Assembly: GCF_006345805.1 (NCBI RefSeq)
Contig: NW_021824691.1
Coordinates: 1 to 36,560, forward strand
DNA length: 36,560 nucleotides
Origin: Octopus sinensis
Lineage: Eukaryota
Direction of reading: 5' to 3'
Below are positions 1-13,765 of the stretch, piece by piece. The notes under the pieces were generated by a model. It did no database searches. It saw only the letters and a program-made list of their open reading frames with translations, and was not told the DNA's origin. A program made the translations under genes and the position numbers. Position 1 is the first letter of the stretch; each line of letters begins with the position of its first letter.

Positions 1-134
1 TGTGCTAAAACAAGTACTAAACGACAAAATAGATGTAAGGGAGAAAAAGACACTTGGGCTAGCAGACTCACATTTACCCATACCACACACATGACTATTG
101 ACAAATATGTTTATAAATACATACATTGATACAT

Positions 135-179
135 ACACACGCACACACACAAACACACATCTCTCTCTATTCATATGTA

Positions 180-229
<50 letters not shown>

Positions 230-435
230 GTGTGTGTTGTGTTGTGTGTGTAACATTAAGAAATACAATCCAGCGAGGGTGTGTTTGATAAAATTGGTTA
301 CTAAATTTCTCTGAAATCACATTTTACCATTTGGAACTAATAAATAAATGAAAGAAACAAAGCAAGAAAGAGAGAAAGCAAGAAAGAAAGAAAGACAGAC
401 AGAAAGAAGAAGGAAAGAAAGAAAGAAAGAAAGAG

Positions 436-506
<71 letters not shown>

Positions 507-699
507 ATGAAAGAAAGAAGAGGAAAGGAGAGAAAGAAAGAACAGAGCACACTTGTTATATATAGGAACACTACACAGAAAAAGAAGAGGGGATGGTCTA
601 TTGTGGAGCAACATGATCACAATTTACTGGGTTAGTGTTTATATGGCTTCAAGAACAACAACAACAACAACAACTGCTGCTACTACTACTATACTACTA

Positions 700-738
<39 letters not shown>

Positions 739-812
739 ATAATAATAATAATAATAATATAATAATAATATAATAATAATAATAATGATAATAATAATAA
801 TAATAATAATAA

Positions 813-848
<36 letters not shown>

Positions 849-860
849 AATAATGTTAAT
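135..860. repeat. Compound microsatellite block: (CA)n/(TA)n, (GAAA)n ~345-545, (ACA)n/(ACT)n/(AAT)n ~655-860
   Basis: Direct reading; ORFs here are repeat translations. Confidence 0.95.
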
Positions 861-864
861 AATA

Positions 865-1595
865 AAATTACCAAAAACAAATTACCAAAAACATGTAATG
901 AAAAGAAGTATAACAAGTAACTGCAGAATATGTGGAGATGGACAAGAAACAATAAATCATATTATCTCTAGCTGCCCAGTCCTGGCTAAGAAGGAATATA
1001 TTCATAGACATGACAGAGTTGGAACCTACATACATTGGAAGCTATGCCAACATTATGGAATAACAACAGAAAAAAGATGGTATAGGCACACACCAGAAAA
1101 GGTCAAAGAAAACGAGAAAGCAACCATACTCTGGGATATGCCGATACACACAGATAGAGAAATTAAGGCCAACAGACCAGATATAGTTGTCAAAGATCAT
1201 GAAGAAAAAAAATGCTTTCTAATTGATGTATCAATACCCAATACCGGCTGATGACAACGTGTCTCTAAAAGAAATGGAGAAACTCTCAAAATACAAAGAC
1301 CTGGAAATAGAGGTAACCAGAATGTGGAATCTGAAAACAGAAACAATTCCTATCATAGTAGGTGCATTAGGCATGATAAAAAAATATTCAGACAAATACA
1401 TAACAAAAACACCAGGAGTTACATACATATATAACATACAGAAAATTGCACTACTAGGCACTGCACACATCCTACGCAGAACACTTTCCATACAATAACC
1501 ATCAGAGCATCACAACAAATCACAGCACATAGCCAAGGCACACAGAGCTGCGCTCGGTAGTGAAGTGAAAGCACGCTATAAAAATAAAACTACTG
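865..1595 (+). mobile_element. 5'-truncated R4/Dong-clade non-LTR retrotransposon, copy 1 (CCHC knuckle, restriction-like endonuclease, 3' UTR)
   Basis: CRICGD..ETINHIISSC..LAKKEYIHRHD, ILWD..IHTDREIKANRPDIVV..CFLIDVSIP, KLSKYKDL, IPIIVGALG; frameshift from 7-bp duplication (caatacc x2, 1232-1245); stop 1498; ends aaaataaaactactg then (AAT)n; (AAT)n on both sides. Confidence 0.9.
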
Positions 1596-1638
1596 AATAA
1601 TAATAGCTCTAATAATAATGATAATAATAATAATAATG

Positions 1639-1695
<57 letters not shown>

Positions 1696-2010
1696 TAATA
1701 ATGACAACGACAACAACGCGACGATCATTACAACGATGATGATGATGACGACAACGATGATGATGGCACTGATAACGGTGATAGTGATGATGATGATGAT
1801 GAGGATAATGATGGTGATGACAATGATGATGATGATGATGATGATAACGATAACGACAACGATGATGATGATGAAGATGATGTTAGTGATGACGATGATG
1901 GTGATGATGATGATGATGACGACAATGACGACGATGATGATGATGATGACGACGACTATGGCGTCTACGAGGGCAACGATGACCCTGCTAACGATGAGCA
2001 TGATTATTAA
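1596..2010. repeat. (AAT)n then (GAT/GAC)n trinucleotide microsatellite
   Basis: Direct reading. Confidence 0.95.
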
Positions 2011-2511
2011 TTTTCATAGGTCAACAGAAATCGACATTATAAGAGAAACAACGGTGAAACTGTTTCTCAATCACAATTAGTCGAGTGATTTAAAAAATAA
2101 AAATAAAAACAGCAAACATATTGGAATTTCGGATTGCGCTGTAAGACGCACACTATGGCCGTGTCAGAAAGAAATATGTATGAGCTGGTCATTGTTGGAA
2201 TGTCTTTACTCATAGCTCCCTTTAATCAGAGATGATCTAGGAGCTAAACAACATCGGCAAAAATGATTATATAATGTAAGGTACTGGCTTACATAATTAC
2301 CGTCTTTTGGGATTATTTTCGGCATTGATTGGCACGGCGGTTTACACCTCTCACTTGTAATAGTATTTACATTGTGAAATTATAAAGTGCTGTTGTTTTG
2401 GTAACAACAGACCTAACTACAGGATGTTTAACATGATTTTTTTTTCTTTTTTGCCAGATATGTAGTAGAACTATGCCTGAAACAATAATATGTGAGACAA
2501 TAAAAATGGTT

Positions 2512-2723
2512 TTAAATTTTGGCACAAGGATAGCAATTTCTGGAGTGGGAGCAAATCGATTATATTGACCCCCAGTACTCAACTGGTACTTTTCTTTTAT
2601 CGACCCCGAAAGGATGAAAGGCAAATTCAATGCCGGAAGTATTTGAAATCGAAACGTAGTCAGAAGGAATGCCAGTAGGCATTTTTTTCTGATGCGGTAA
2701 CGATTCGGCAATTTCGCTGCTTA
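2512..2723 (-). mobile_element. SINE (family B, ...ttgaccccagtact..ctggtact..atcgaccccgaaaggatgaaaggc... on plus)
   Basis: Homologous by eye to 3895-4015, 10085-10290, 10365-10550 and inverted 35905-36010; degenerate tRNA-like head on minus. Confidence 0.7.
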
Positions 2724-2769
2724 CGTGAAACACCACAACCAACCTACCACCACCAGCACCACCACCACC

Positions 2770-3884
<1,115 letters not shown>

Positions 3885-3894
3885 GCTATTGTTT

Positions 3895-4015
3895 CTTATA
3901 TTGGTGTAAGAAATTTAGGGAGGCGATTAGTCGACTTCATTGACCCCAGTTCGTGACTGGTATTTATTTTCGCGACCTCTAAAAGGATGACAGGCAAATT
4001 TGACCTCTGTAAATT
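3895..4015 (-). mobile_element. SINE family B fragment
   Basis: ttgaccccagttcgtgactggtatttattttcgcgacctctaaaaggatgacaggcaaatttgacc matches 2560-2640. Confidence 0.6.
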
Positions 4016-4229
4016 GTGAACTCAGCATATTAATGCTTGTAACGAATACTGCATGTACTTTTTTTTCCGCGTTGTATCTGTTCTACCTCGTCGTCGCCTG
4101 TATTATTAATACATTTGTGAGTAATGCTAAACTGCTGTTAAATGAAGAACTAGAGGAGGAAATTGTATATGTGAATCCAAGGACACAGTTTTCAGTGCTG
4201 TGTCAGTATTAGTAATAATAAACAACAGC

Positions 4230-4332
4230 AACCACAACGAGGATGACGACGACGACGATGATGATGGGGATGATGAGGATGATGATGATGATGAGGATGA
4301 TGGTGATGGTGATGATGATGATGATAATGATG

Positions 4333-4383
<51 letters not shown>

Positions 4384-4475
4384 CCGATGATGATGCCGAT
4401 GATGACGATGATGATGATGAGGAGGAGGAGGAGAAAGGGAGGTTGACGACGATGAAGAAAATGATGATGATGATA
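4230..4475. repeat. (GAT)n/(GAG)n microsatellite
   Basis: Direct reading. Confidence 0.95.
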
Positions 4476-5069
4476 ATACTTCACAAGTTAAATAAAAGAC
4501 CCTGCATAACGGAGTGGAGTGGGGGAGGGCATGGGGGGAGTTCATACAATATGATATTAGTGAATGCAAAGACCCCAGTCTTCGGTAAAGCGACAGTGCT
4601 AGCAACAATGATGATGATAATAATAGTAACATATTTTATTGGAATTCAGAGTTGCAATGGTGAGTGGTGTTGGTGGTGATGGTGGATGTAGCTGTTATAG
4701 CGGTGGCGGTGGTTTTGTTGGTGGTGGTGGTGGTGGTGGGTGGAGATATGTAACTTATTTTTCGAAGCTTATCATTCAGTCAACCATTGTAAGTATGAAA
4801 GGTTCTCGATGAGCGAAGTATTGGTTATTAAAAATCTCTCGCCACAGGAAGTGAACATTTCGTCGAATATGGAACAACAACAACAACAGCAATAATGATA
4901 ATACTTGCAGAGAAAAATACGCGATGGTTGGGAGTGTGTGTGTGGGGTGGGTGGGGGTGAGTGGGATGGAGAGCGGGTGTGGGGAGAAGGGTTAGGAATG
5001 AATGGAAGTTGGTTCGAAGGAGGAGAGGAAGAGGTGGTTATGAAACACCATCCAGTGCCGTGTATAGAA

Positions 5070-5513
5070 TGGGAGACTACACATACACACACACACACAC
5101 ACGCACACTGTCACAGAAGACAGAACATGATCAAAGAATTTTACACAAGGTTATTATATGAATATAATTAATAGAGCCGTTGATATTTTAATGGGGAACC
5201 GCTTAATTACTGTCATGTCATGTCTGTTAGAAAAACGCTACGCTTACACACACACACGCGCACATGCACACACGTACACATACAAACATACATTATATGG
5301 CTACATAAATTCACTTATACCAATGCATATATGTGCATATATACATATGCACATTTGTAACGAGACGAAGACATACACACATGCATACAATTGTCTATGA
5401 ATATACACATGCGTGAGTGCCAAGCGTATGTATCTATATACGTATAAGTCTATATGCATATGCATATTCACACGCAAACGTACACACAAACACACCACAC
5501 ATACATACACATG

Positions 5514-5581
<68 letters not shown>

Positions 5582-5785
5582 AGTAGGCATGTATGTGTAT
5601 ATGTGTGTGCGTATATCTATATCTATCTATACATGCATAAAAGTACATACATACGTTCATGCATATGTTCATACTGACATATACATGCACACACACATGC
5701 ATGTATGTATACCTACATGTTAGTCTATCATCTATCTATCTATCTTTACTAATATATATATGTGTGTGTATGTGTTATATATATA

Positions 5786-5835
<50 letters not shown>

Positions 5836-5952
5836 AATATACATACATAATTTTATATATTTGTATATATATATAAAGATGTATATATATATATTTATAT
5901 GCATATATATATAGATATGTGTATATATATGCATATATATATATATGTGTGT

Positions 5953-5989
<37 letters not shown>

Positions 5990-6137
5990 TATATATATAT
6001 ATATATATATACACATACGCACATATTCATATGTGCAAGTGTATATATGTATAACACATTTTCAATGTTGTGTGTCTTCGTATTTGTGTATAAATGTTTT
6101 TACGGATACAGGCATGTATGCACACACCCACTCTGTC

Positions 6138-6168
<31 letters not shown>

Positions 6169-6169
6169 G

Positions 6170-6202
<33 letters not shown>

Positions 6203-6250
6203 TGCACACACACACACACACGTGCGCATAACATAAATATGCACACATGA
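5070..6250. repeat. Long compound (CA)/(TA)/(TG)/(TC) microsatellite field
   Basis: Direct reading. Confidence 0.95.
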
Positions 6251-6355
6251 ACACACATACATGCTTACATACAAATGCTACGTTGTTGAATATACGACTA
6301 TGTTCCAATTTTATCTTTTTTTTTTTATCAAGACATTTTTTCTTTTCATATCCTT

Positions 6356-6415
6356 ACATGAGTTCCTTGAAGTTTATTTCGAAACGTAAAGTTCCTCTGT
6401 CTCTCATCAGCATGT
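6356..6415 (-). ncRNA. Type I hammerhead-like motif; core intact, helix III degenerate
   Basis: Minus: acatg|CTGATGA|gagac..gtttc|GAAA|taaacttcaaggaact|catgt; helix I 5 bp, helix II 5 bp (one GU); U16.1 appears as C. Confidence 0.45.
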
Positions 6416-6872
6416 CTAGACTTTCATACACTCGTCTTCAGGATTAATAATCCTAGCATGTATTGCCACCTTTTTATTCGGTAATAAGACCCAATATGAC
6501 TTGTATATATATTGCTTATGGAATCTGTATTTTTGATCGTTAGGGTTAGGCCTCATCAGTCATGTATTTTTAATGTATGTTGTGAGTTTTTACTTTAATA
6601 ATAGTCTGTATTACGTTCTCCACTAATATCTACCAGCCTAGCTTTTATTTTTGTTGTGAGATGTTGTGAATTGCATGTTCGAATATATACAATTGTATAT
6701 ACGTATGTATAATATCCTAAAATATGGAACAATTTACGAACGAAGATTGTAATTATTTTATCAGAGAGAAGCGCAATGTCTTGCCTACAACGACTCATCA
6801 TTTAGCCATGAGTGAAACTCTGAAGTCAGTTATTCTGCTTATCTGTCTAACAACAACAAATCAACGGTAGTA

Positions 6873-6904
<32 letters not shown>

Positions 6905-6918
6905 ATAGGTATATATAT

Positions 6919-6993
<75 letters not shown>

Positions 6994-7619
6994 ACATATA
7001 TATATAAACACACCAACAGACACAGACAGACACACACACACACACAAGCGCGTGCGCACACACATTCACACATTCACACACAAAGATACATGATTAATAT
7101 GCAAGTGCAGTCATTCGCAAAAGAATCACAAACATTTATTTGATCAATTACACAAGGTTAACGACATTAATTTCCTACACAAGTACACTGGACCATAAAT
7201 TTGTTTCTCATTGTCGACAAATGGGACTGACTGAAGGGTTTTCATTCCTCTTTCCATCAAGGAAAAAAAATTATCACTCAAGTGACTAGTTTCGTTTGTG
7301 AATCGAAACTGAGTCGTTTATCCTGCTTGTTGACAACTCATAGACATCTGAGATGGATAATAATACCATTCACGAACATAAGTATGTAATTGTAGATATA
7401 TTTATATAATACAACTCGATAGATCTCTCGTCTTCAAGCAATGATTTGTTAATTAGATAGAAGAGCAGACATTTATAAGATAGAAGAGAGTGATTGTTTG
7501 ATTGTGTGATGTGATCCGTGAATTGAAATTGGTCGCTATCATTGACTCTCGTAGAGTTTATCAATTGTTCTATGACTTCCGCTACAGATAAATGATTTAA
7601 ATAAAAGACCACCAATACT

Positions 7620-7900
<281 letters not shown>

Positions 7901-8346
7901 TGTATGTATCCTTGTAACTATAGATCCATTCAGTGATGTTTAGCACGTTAATTATCTCAGAAGAAGATTTAGTGATCTTTTCGCCGGCTAATTAATTGTG
8001 TACCGAAGCGTTAATTAGGCGGGGGTGGTGGGTGGGAAAATACTAATACTTTATTTTTCATTTTGTTTTCCCTTTTGTTATCGGTTTCCTATTGTCAGAA
8101 TGGACGGAACTGTATTTGTTGGTAACCCTAAACGTGTGAGGTCGATCCGATTGTTGCCCTTATTTTGTTGTTGCAGTTGACAACAACAAGAAGAAAACCC
8201 TAAGAAACCTCTGCGTGGTCGCTTACCCTTCTTGAAATAGATAAATCTCCATAAAATTTTTGCACCTCACTACCTTATAAAAGAGAATGGCAGATTATAC
8301 GAACATGCTTATATAGATACCTATAGACATAGATATATACATTATG

Positions 8347-8953
8347 TATGTCAAATATCAAAGACTTTCGGGTAAGTTCTGTAGCGCACCAACAGATGGC
8401 AGCACACGTTTGCGTACGTAGTGATAGCTAGCAGTAACCTTCATGAGGCAGTGAACCAAGTGACATTACAAGCGTTAATCCCGGAAATGTGAAGAAAAAT
8501 GATCAGTTTGTGCATGTGGATCGCCAGAAGTCAATCAACGATGTTTTGAAAGCATTTGAGGGAAGACATTTGGCGAAAGCAACTGGATCTATGAAGCGCG
8601 ATGAATTGGATTCTTTACGACAACAATGCACCCTGTAACGATCACACGTGTGTTTCTCGCCAAAAGCAACACAGCATCGCTCCCGCACCCGTCCTCTTCC
8701 CCCCAGAATGAGAATTCAACTCTAAGGTCACTGTTTAAATACCGTTGTCGAGATCCGAAGCGAATTGCAGAAGGTCCCCGACTCGCTTACGGAAAAGACT
8801 TGCAGGCCGAATTCCAAAAGTGACAGGAATGCTGGGACGGTATTTTGCTGCGCATGGTGTCTATTTCGAAGGAGATAATGCTAAAATTTAGCTAAATAAG
8901 TTATATCTTATTAAATATAACTAGTCTTGAAACATTTTTGATACCACCTCGTA
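8347..8953 (+). mobile_element. Internally deleted mariner remnant
   Basis: Frame-hopping translation resembles mariner C-terminus (..HDNAPC.., LAKSNTASLPHP, DSLTEKDLQAEFQK*QECWD, AAHGVYFEGDN); 3' TIR aaacatttttgataccacctcg+TA; degenerate 5' TIR near 8347. Confidence 0.75.
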
Positions 8954-8999
8954 TGTATGTATGTATGTATGTATGTATGTATGTATGTATGTATGTATG

Positions 9000-9033
<34 letters not shown>

Positions 9034-9100
9034 TGTATGTATGTATGTATGTATGTATGTATGTATGTATGTATACATATATATATATATATATATATAT
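8953..9100. repeat. (TATG)n(TA)n microsatellite
   Basis: Direct reading. Confidence 0.95.
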
Positions 9101-9133
9101 AACCAAGAAAAAAGCAACAAGAATGGATCGGTA

Positions 9134-9223
9134 GATTAGTACAATTGTTTCATACTAAAAACATTTAATTTCAAGCTGCATATATTACAGCAAATATAAT
9201 GTCAAGTATTCATCAGCTAAATC
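9134..9223 (-). ncRNA. Type I minimal hammerhead ribozyme with intact consensus core
   Basis: Minus: gatttag|CTGATGA|atact..(extended hairpin)..agtat|GAAA|c-aatt-g|TA|ctaatc; helix I 6 bp with one bulge, helix II 5 bp plus extension, helix III 2 bp with palindromic AAUU loop, GUA cleavage triplet. Confidence 0.75.
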
Positions 9224-9597
9224 ACATATAGGTTTTCCATATATTCTTAGAGAGTGTAAATATCCTTATGAAGTTATAGGAGTGAGTTCCATAAATCAGA
9301 AGTAAGATTCCAAGCAGACTATATATGTTTTAATATATTTTTTAATATGTTTTTTTTGCTGTGTATATATATATTTATATATATATACGTACGTTTGTGT
9401 GTGTATGTTGGTATGTATGTACGTACGTACAAATATGTATGCAGGTATGTATGTATACTTGTATGTACGTAAGTACGTACGTGCATATTAATGTATGTAT
9501 GTATGAGGATGCGTGCGTTGCAAATATAACTCCACAATATTTGAATTTATTTCTTTTCCTGAGAGGTTTTCTCTCTCACACAGTTTCTTATAATCAT

Positions 9598-9990
9598 TTC
9601 CTTGTTAGTTCATCGGTGTCCGAAGATTTCAAAGTCTGTATTCTCTGGGATGAGAGCACATGTGAAACCGCAGTCCAAAGCTAGAAACACACAGATGTCA
9701 CAACGATAGACTCTTGACTGGAATTAGGCGGAGTCTGCACTGTGACGTCCTTCTCTTGTAAGAGCGAGACGCTAACGCCGGTCCTCTTCGAAAGTGGGAC
9801 ACCTCCACGGGATACCTGATGTGGGATACCTCCACGCTGATGTGTCTGCAGGCAGAGACTTCAAGTTCGTGTTGACTAATGCCGCTCCATTTGAGGTTGC
9901 ATTTTAGGGTGTCCTTGTACCTCCCTTTAGGTCTTCCTCGTCTGTGAGAGCTCTGTGTGAGCTTGCTGTATAACAGCTATCAGTCCTTCT
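9598..9990 (-). mobile_element. RTE-clade LINE 3' fragment
   Basis: Minus: LLYSKL..RRGRPKGRYKDTLKCNLKWSGI..FEEDRR..CDIC..GLRFHMCSH, typical RTE ORF C-terminus. Confidence 0.7.
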
Positions 9991-9999
9991 GACTACTAC

Positions 10000-10046
<47 letters not shown>

Positions 10047-10084
10047 GTAGTTGTTGTTGTTGTTGTTGCTTCTGTTGTTATTAT

Positions 10085-10290
10085 CCAGGCAGGAGCCAAC
10101 TGTTCTGAGGTGATGGGATATGTCGATTACATAGTCAGCAGTACTGAAGTAGTATTTCGTTTTATCGACCCTGTAAAGATGAGAAGTAAAGTTGATTTCA
10201 GTGGGATTTGAACTCAGAATGTAAAGAGGCAAGAAAAATAACGCAAGACATTTTGTCTGACGCTTTAACGATTCTGCCTGCCCACCGCCC
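10085..10290 (-). mobile_element. SINE family B
   Basis: atcgaccctgtaaagatg..gatttgaactcagaatgtaaag..aacgattctgcc, homologous to 2512-2723. Confidence 0.65.
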
Positions 10291-10364
10291 GCTAACAATG
10301 ATGACAACGACGAGGATGAAGACGACGATTATGATGATGATGATGATGATGATTCAAAGAATAA

Positions 10365-10550
10365 TCCTTTCTACGGGGCCTGAAATTTTAGTGGAGGGGA
10401 TTCAAAGATTTCATCGACCCCAATATTTCACTGGTACTTACTTAATCAACTCCGAACCTTAGTGGCATGTGAGCTTAGAACGTAAAGCCAGGCGCAATGC
10501 TGCTAAGCATTTCGCCTGGCGTGCTAACGGTTCTGCCAGCTCGTTGCCTT
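10365..10550 (-). mobile_element. SINE family B, internally deleted
   Basis: atcgaccccaatatttcactggtactt..ctaagcatttcgcctggcgtgctaacggttctgccagctcg. Confidence 0.7.
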
Positions 10551-11179
10551 AATAACAATAACAATAGTAACAACCACAACATGAACAGTAAAAAATAAAG
10601 AAAGAAAAAAAGAAAGAAAGAAGATGATGATGACGAAATGAAATCAACATATATCATATTATTTATTTTGTTTATCACTTATAGTGAAAAGGGAAGACAA
10701 TGCCTATGACCCTTTACATGGTTTTCCCAGAAAGTTTTGAATAAAGGAGGAAGGAATCCTCAAACCAGCGAACCTGGTTCAAATATTCACAACAGAATGG
10801 ATACTTCTGCTAAAAGGTATGAAGTTATTAAGTTGTAGCGTTAAAACTGGTGACTGATCAAGGCTAGCACTCAGCTAGTCCATAACGTGGTTTGAACTCA
10901 GAATACGAAGAACCGTAACAAATACTGCAATGTTCTCGACCCCGACAGTTTATGGACTAAACATTTCGAGTTAATTAGGGAGCCGGTAGACGTTTGCCCT
11001 ATCAACGGAAAATAGTCCCCAAATATCTCTCTCTCTTATCATTCTCTAAAGATTTGATAAGGGAAGGGCACATTGGGATAATGTAATCCAAGAAAAGAAG
11101 GTCACAGCTGGAATATCTTTTGATCATATGGAATACTGGATCAGAGATGAACAAAGGTTAAACAACGACCAAAGACGAA

Positions 11180-11192
11180 ATAATAATATTAA

Positions 11193-11230
<38 letters not shown>

Positions 11231-11239
11231 ATTATTATT

Positions 11240-11276
<37 letters not shown>

Positions 11277-11314
11277 TAATAATAATAATAATAATATAAT
11301 AATAATAATAATAA
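11180..11314. repeat. (TTA)n abutting (AAT)n, a palindromic trinucleotide tract
   Basis: Strand switch at ~11242. Confidence 0.9.
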
Positions 11315-11755
11315 CTCACTATCACCACTCCTCTTTTGTTTAGCGTTAATACCTCTCTCAAAATTGCTCAATGACGCGCAGTACGGATATAAAATGTTTG
11401 ATAAAAATATAAATCATCTCATTTACATGGATGATTTAAAGCTCTTTGCAAAAAAGGTACAGAACGACTTTATCTGCCAAGAAAAGAGGGAGGCCGTGGA
11501 CTTTTACAATTGGCAATAACAATGAAGATTGCTACAATTGGCCTAGATACCTACCTGAAAAACTCTGAGGATTGGATGTTAAAACTTGTCTCAAAACATG
11601 AAAACAAGAGAGCATCATACTCAGTAACAAAACAGGCAAAGAGATGTCTAAGTGAATTTCGAATACAACAAATTTCGGAATTAGACATACAAGAAACAAG
11701 CACAGAAAAAGCTAAGCGCATGAAAACCCGTGCTAAAACTGCGGCCTTAGATATT
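11315..11755 (+). mobile_element. R4/Dong fragment, divergent subfamily A (RT C-terminal part, internally deleted)
   Basis: SLSPLLFCLALIPLSKLLNDAQYGYKMFDKNINHLIYMDDLKLFAK, deletion, then ERLYLPRKEGGRGLLQL..KRMKTRAKTAALD. Confidence 0.85.
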
Positions 11756-13551
11756 AAAACAACAAACTTAGCATCTGAGCAACTCTGCACTCCCATAACA
11801 ACTGAAGAGGTCACCCAGGCACTGCAAAGACTTAAGCAACTGGAAGGCACCTGGGCATGACAAGATCCCCAACTTCTGGTTGAAATATCTGACAGGTATG
11901 CACGAAAATCTGGCTGAAAATTTTAACAACATACTGGCAGAGCCAGAGACAATGCCTGAACGGCTCACGAAAGGGAAAACCATCTTAATACCCAAATCCA
12001 ATGAAACGGCAAAACCAGAAAACTACAGACCTATAACCTGTCTCCCTACAATGTACAAAGCCTTTACTGCAGTAATATCGCATAGATTGAATAAGCACCT
12101 GGACGAAAAAAACCTGTTTCCAGAAGAGCAGAAAGGATGCCGCAAAGGCTCAGGTGGCTGTAAAGACCAACTAATGATCAATAAAGCCATAACTGAAGAC
12201 AGCCGCAGAAAGAAGAAAGGCCTCACTATGGCCTGGATCGACTACCAAAAGGCGTTTGATAGCATTCCCCACACGTGGATCCTCGAAACACTAGCCTTTA
12301 CCAAGGTAGCACCAACAATTATAAAATACATAGGACACTATGAATAAATGGCAGACAGTGCTACAGCTCCAAACCAAAGAGGGACCCGTGAAAACCAAAG
12401 CCATCCCTATTAGAAGAGGAAAATTCCAGGGAATATTCCTTTTCTGCTTGGCACTGTCACCTCTATCTGATATGCTAAATAGAACTGGATGCGGATATAA
12501 ATGTTACGGCAAAACGATCAGCCACCTTTTGTATATGGATGACCTAAAACTATTCGCTACAATTGACAAACAGCTGGAAGCACTACTAAAGACAGTTCAT
12601 GGATTTACCAAAGAAATAGATATGAAATTTGGATTAGAGAAATGCGCCAAAGTAACCCTGATAAGAGGAAAACTAGTTAAGAGTAGCAACATCACACTAG
12701 ATAAAGCCAATAAAATAAGAGAATTAGACCAAAGCCAAACTTACAAATATTTAGGAATCCATGAACAAGATAAGACACAACACACACAAATGAAAGAGAA
12801 AATAAAGAAAGAATACTATAGACGAGTTAGAATAATACTAAAAACAGAGCTCAATGCTAAAAACAAAATAATAGGTTTTAACACTTTAGCCGTCCCAGTT
12901 TATAAGTTACAGCTACAATATCCTTAACTGGACACTAAATGAACTAACCAAAACAGATAGGAAAACAAGAAAAATGATGACAGGATCTAGGATGCATCAC
13001 CCAAAATTAGACATAGGAATGCTATATATACAACGTATAGAAGGTGGTAGAGGCTTTATAAAGAAGAAGAAGAAGAAAAGCTATAAAACAAATGAAATCC
13101 AAACTAAAACTGGAGCAGCAACGAACCATGATAAAACGATGGCAAGAGAAGCCCCTTCATGGCAAATACTGGACTAAACTAAATGCAAAAGAAATACACA
13201 AAAAAAATCCCAGCAATGGTTAAGAATCTCAGGACTCAAAGCAGAGACAGAAGGATTTTTAATTGCAGCACAAGACCAAAGCCTCCTCACCAGAAATTAC
13301 CAAAAACATGTAATATAACAAGTAACTGCAGAATATGTGGAGATAGACAAGAAACAATAAATCATATTATCTCTGGCTGCCCTGTCCTGGCTAAGAAGGA
13401 ATATATTCACAGACACGACAGAGTTGGGACCTACATACACTGGAAGCTATGCCAACATTATGGAATAACAACAGAAAAAAGATGGTATAGGCACACACCA
13501 GAAAAGGTCACAGAAAACGAGAAAGCAACAATACTATGGAATATGCCAATA
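11756..13551 (+). mobile_element. R4/Dong copy 3, subfamily B (most of RT, CCHC knuckle, start of RLE), frameshifted
   Basis: NWKAPGHDKI, NYRPITCLPTMYK, EQKGCRKG, WIDYQKAFDSIPH, LLYMDDLKLF, YKYLG, GGRG, CRICG..HIISGC; cut at ILWNMPI by a microsatellite. Confidence 0.92.
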
Positions 13552-13595
13552 TGGTGGTGGTGGTGGTGGTGGTGATGATGATGGTGATGGTGATG

Positions 13596-13657
<62 letters not shown>

Positions 13658-13693
13658 TTGATGATGATGATGATGAGGATGATGATGATGATG

Positions 13694-13744
<51 letters not shown>

Positions 13745-13765
13745 TTGATGTTGATGTTGATGCAT
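13552..13765. repeat. (GGT)n(GAT)n microsatellite
   Basis: Direct reading. Confidence 0.95.

Noticed and set aside
2015-2060. Possible plus-strand exon (ttttcatag|GTCAAC..ACG|gtgaaa)
   Set aside because: Weak donor, 34 nt, and no recognisable peptide.
4768-4788. Possible 21-nt plus-strand microexon ending at gtaagt
   Set aside because: Weak AAG acceptor with a competing CAG; compatible with chance.
4935-5000. G-rich stretch with G-quadruplex potential
   Set aside because: Degenerate GT/GGG low-complexity sequence with no functional context.
6540-6550. ttagggttagg telomere-like motif
   Set aside because: Under two repeat units; not an interstitial telomere array.
6765-6815. Peptide REAQCLAYNDSSF after an acceptor-like site, reminiscent of ADAMTS-like cysteine-rich motifs
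   Set aside because: Too short, hits a stop, and has no good donor or neighbouring exons.
7280-7355. HHR-like GAAACTAGTC on minus
   Set aside because: The CUGA box is incomplete and helix I does not pair convincingly.
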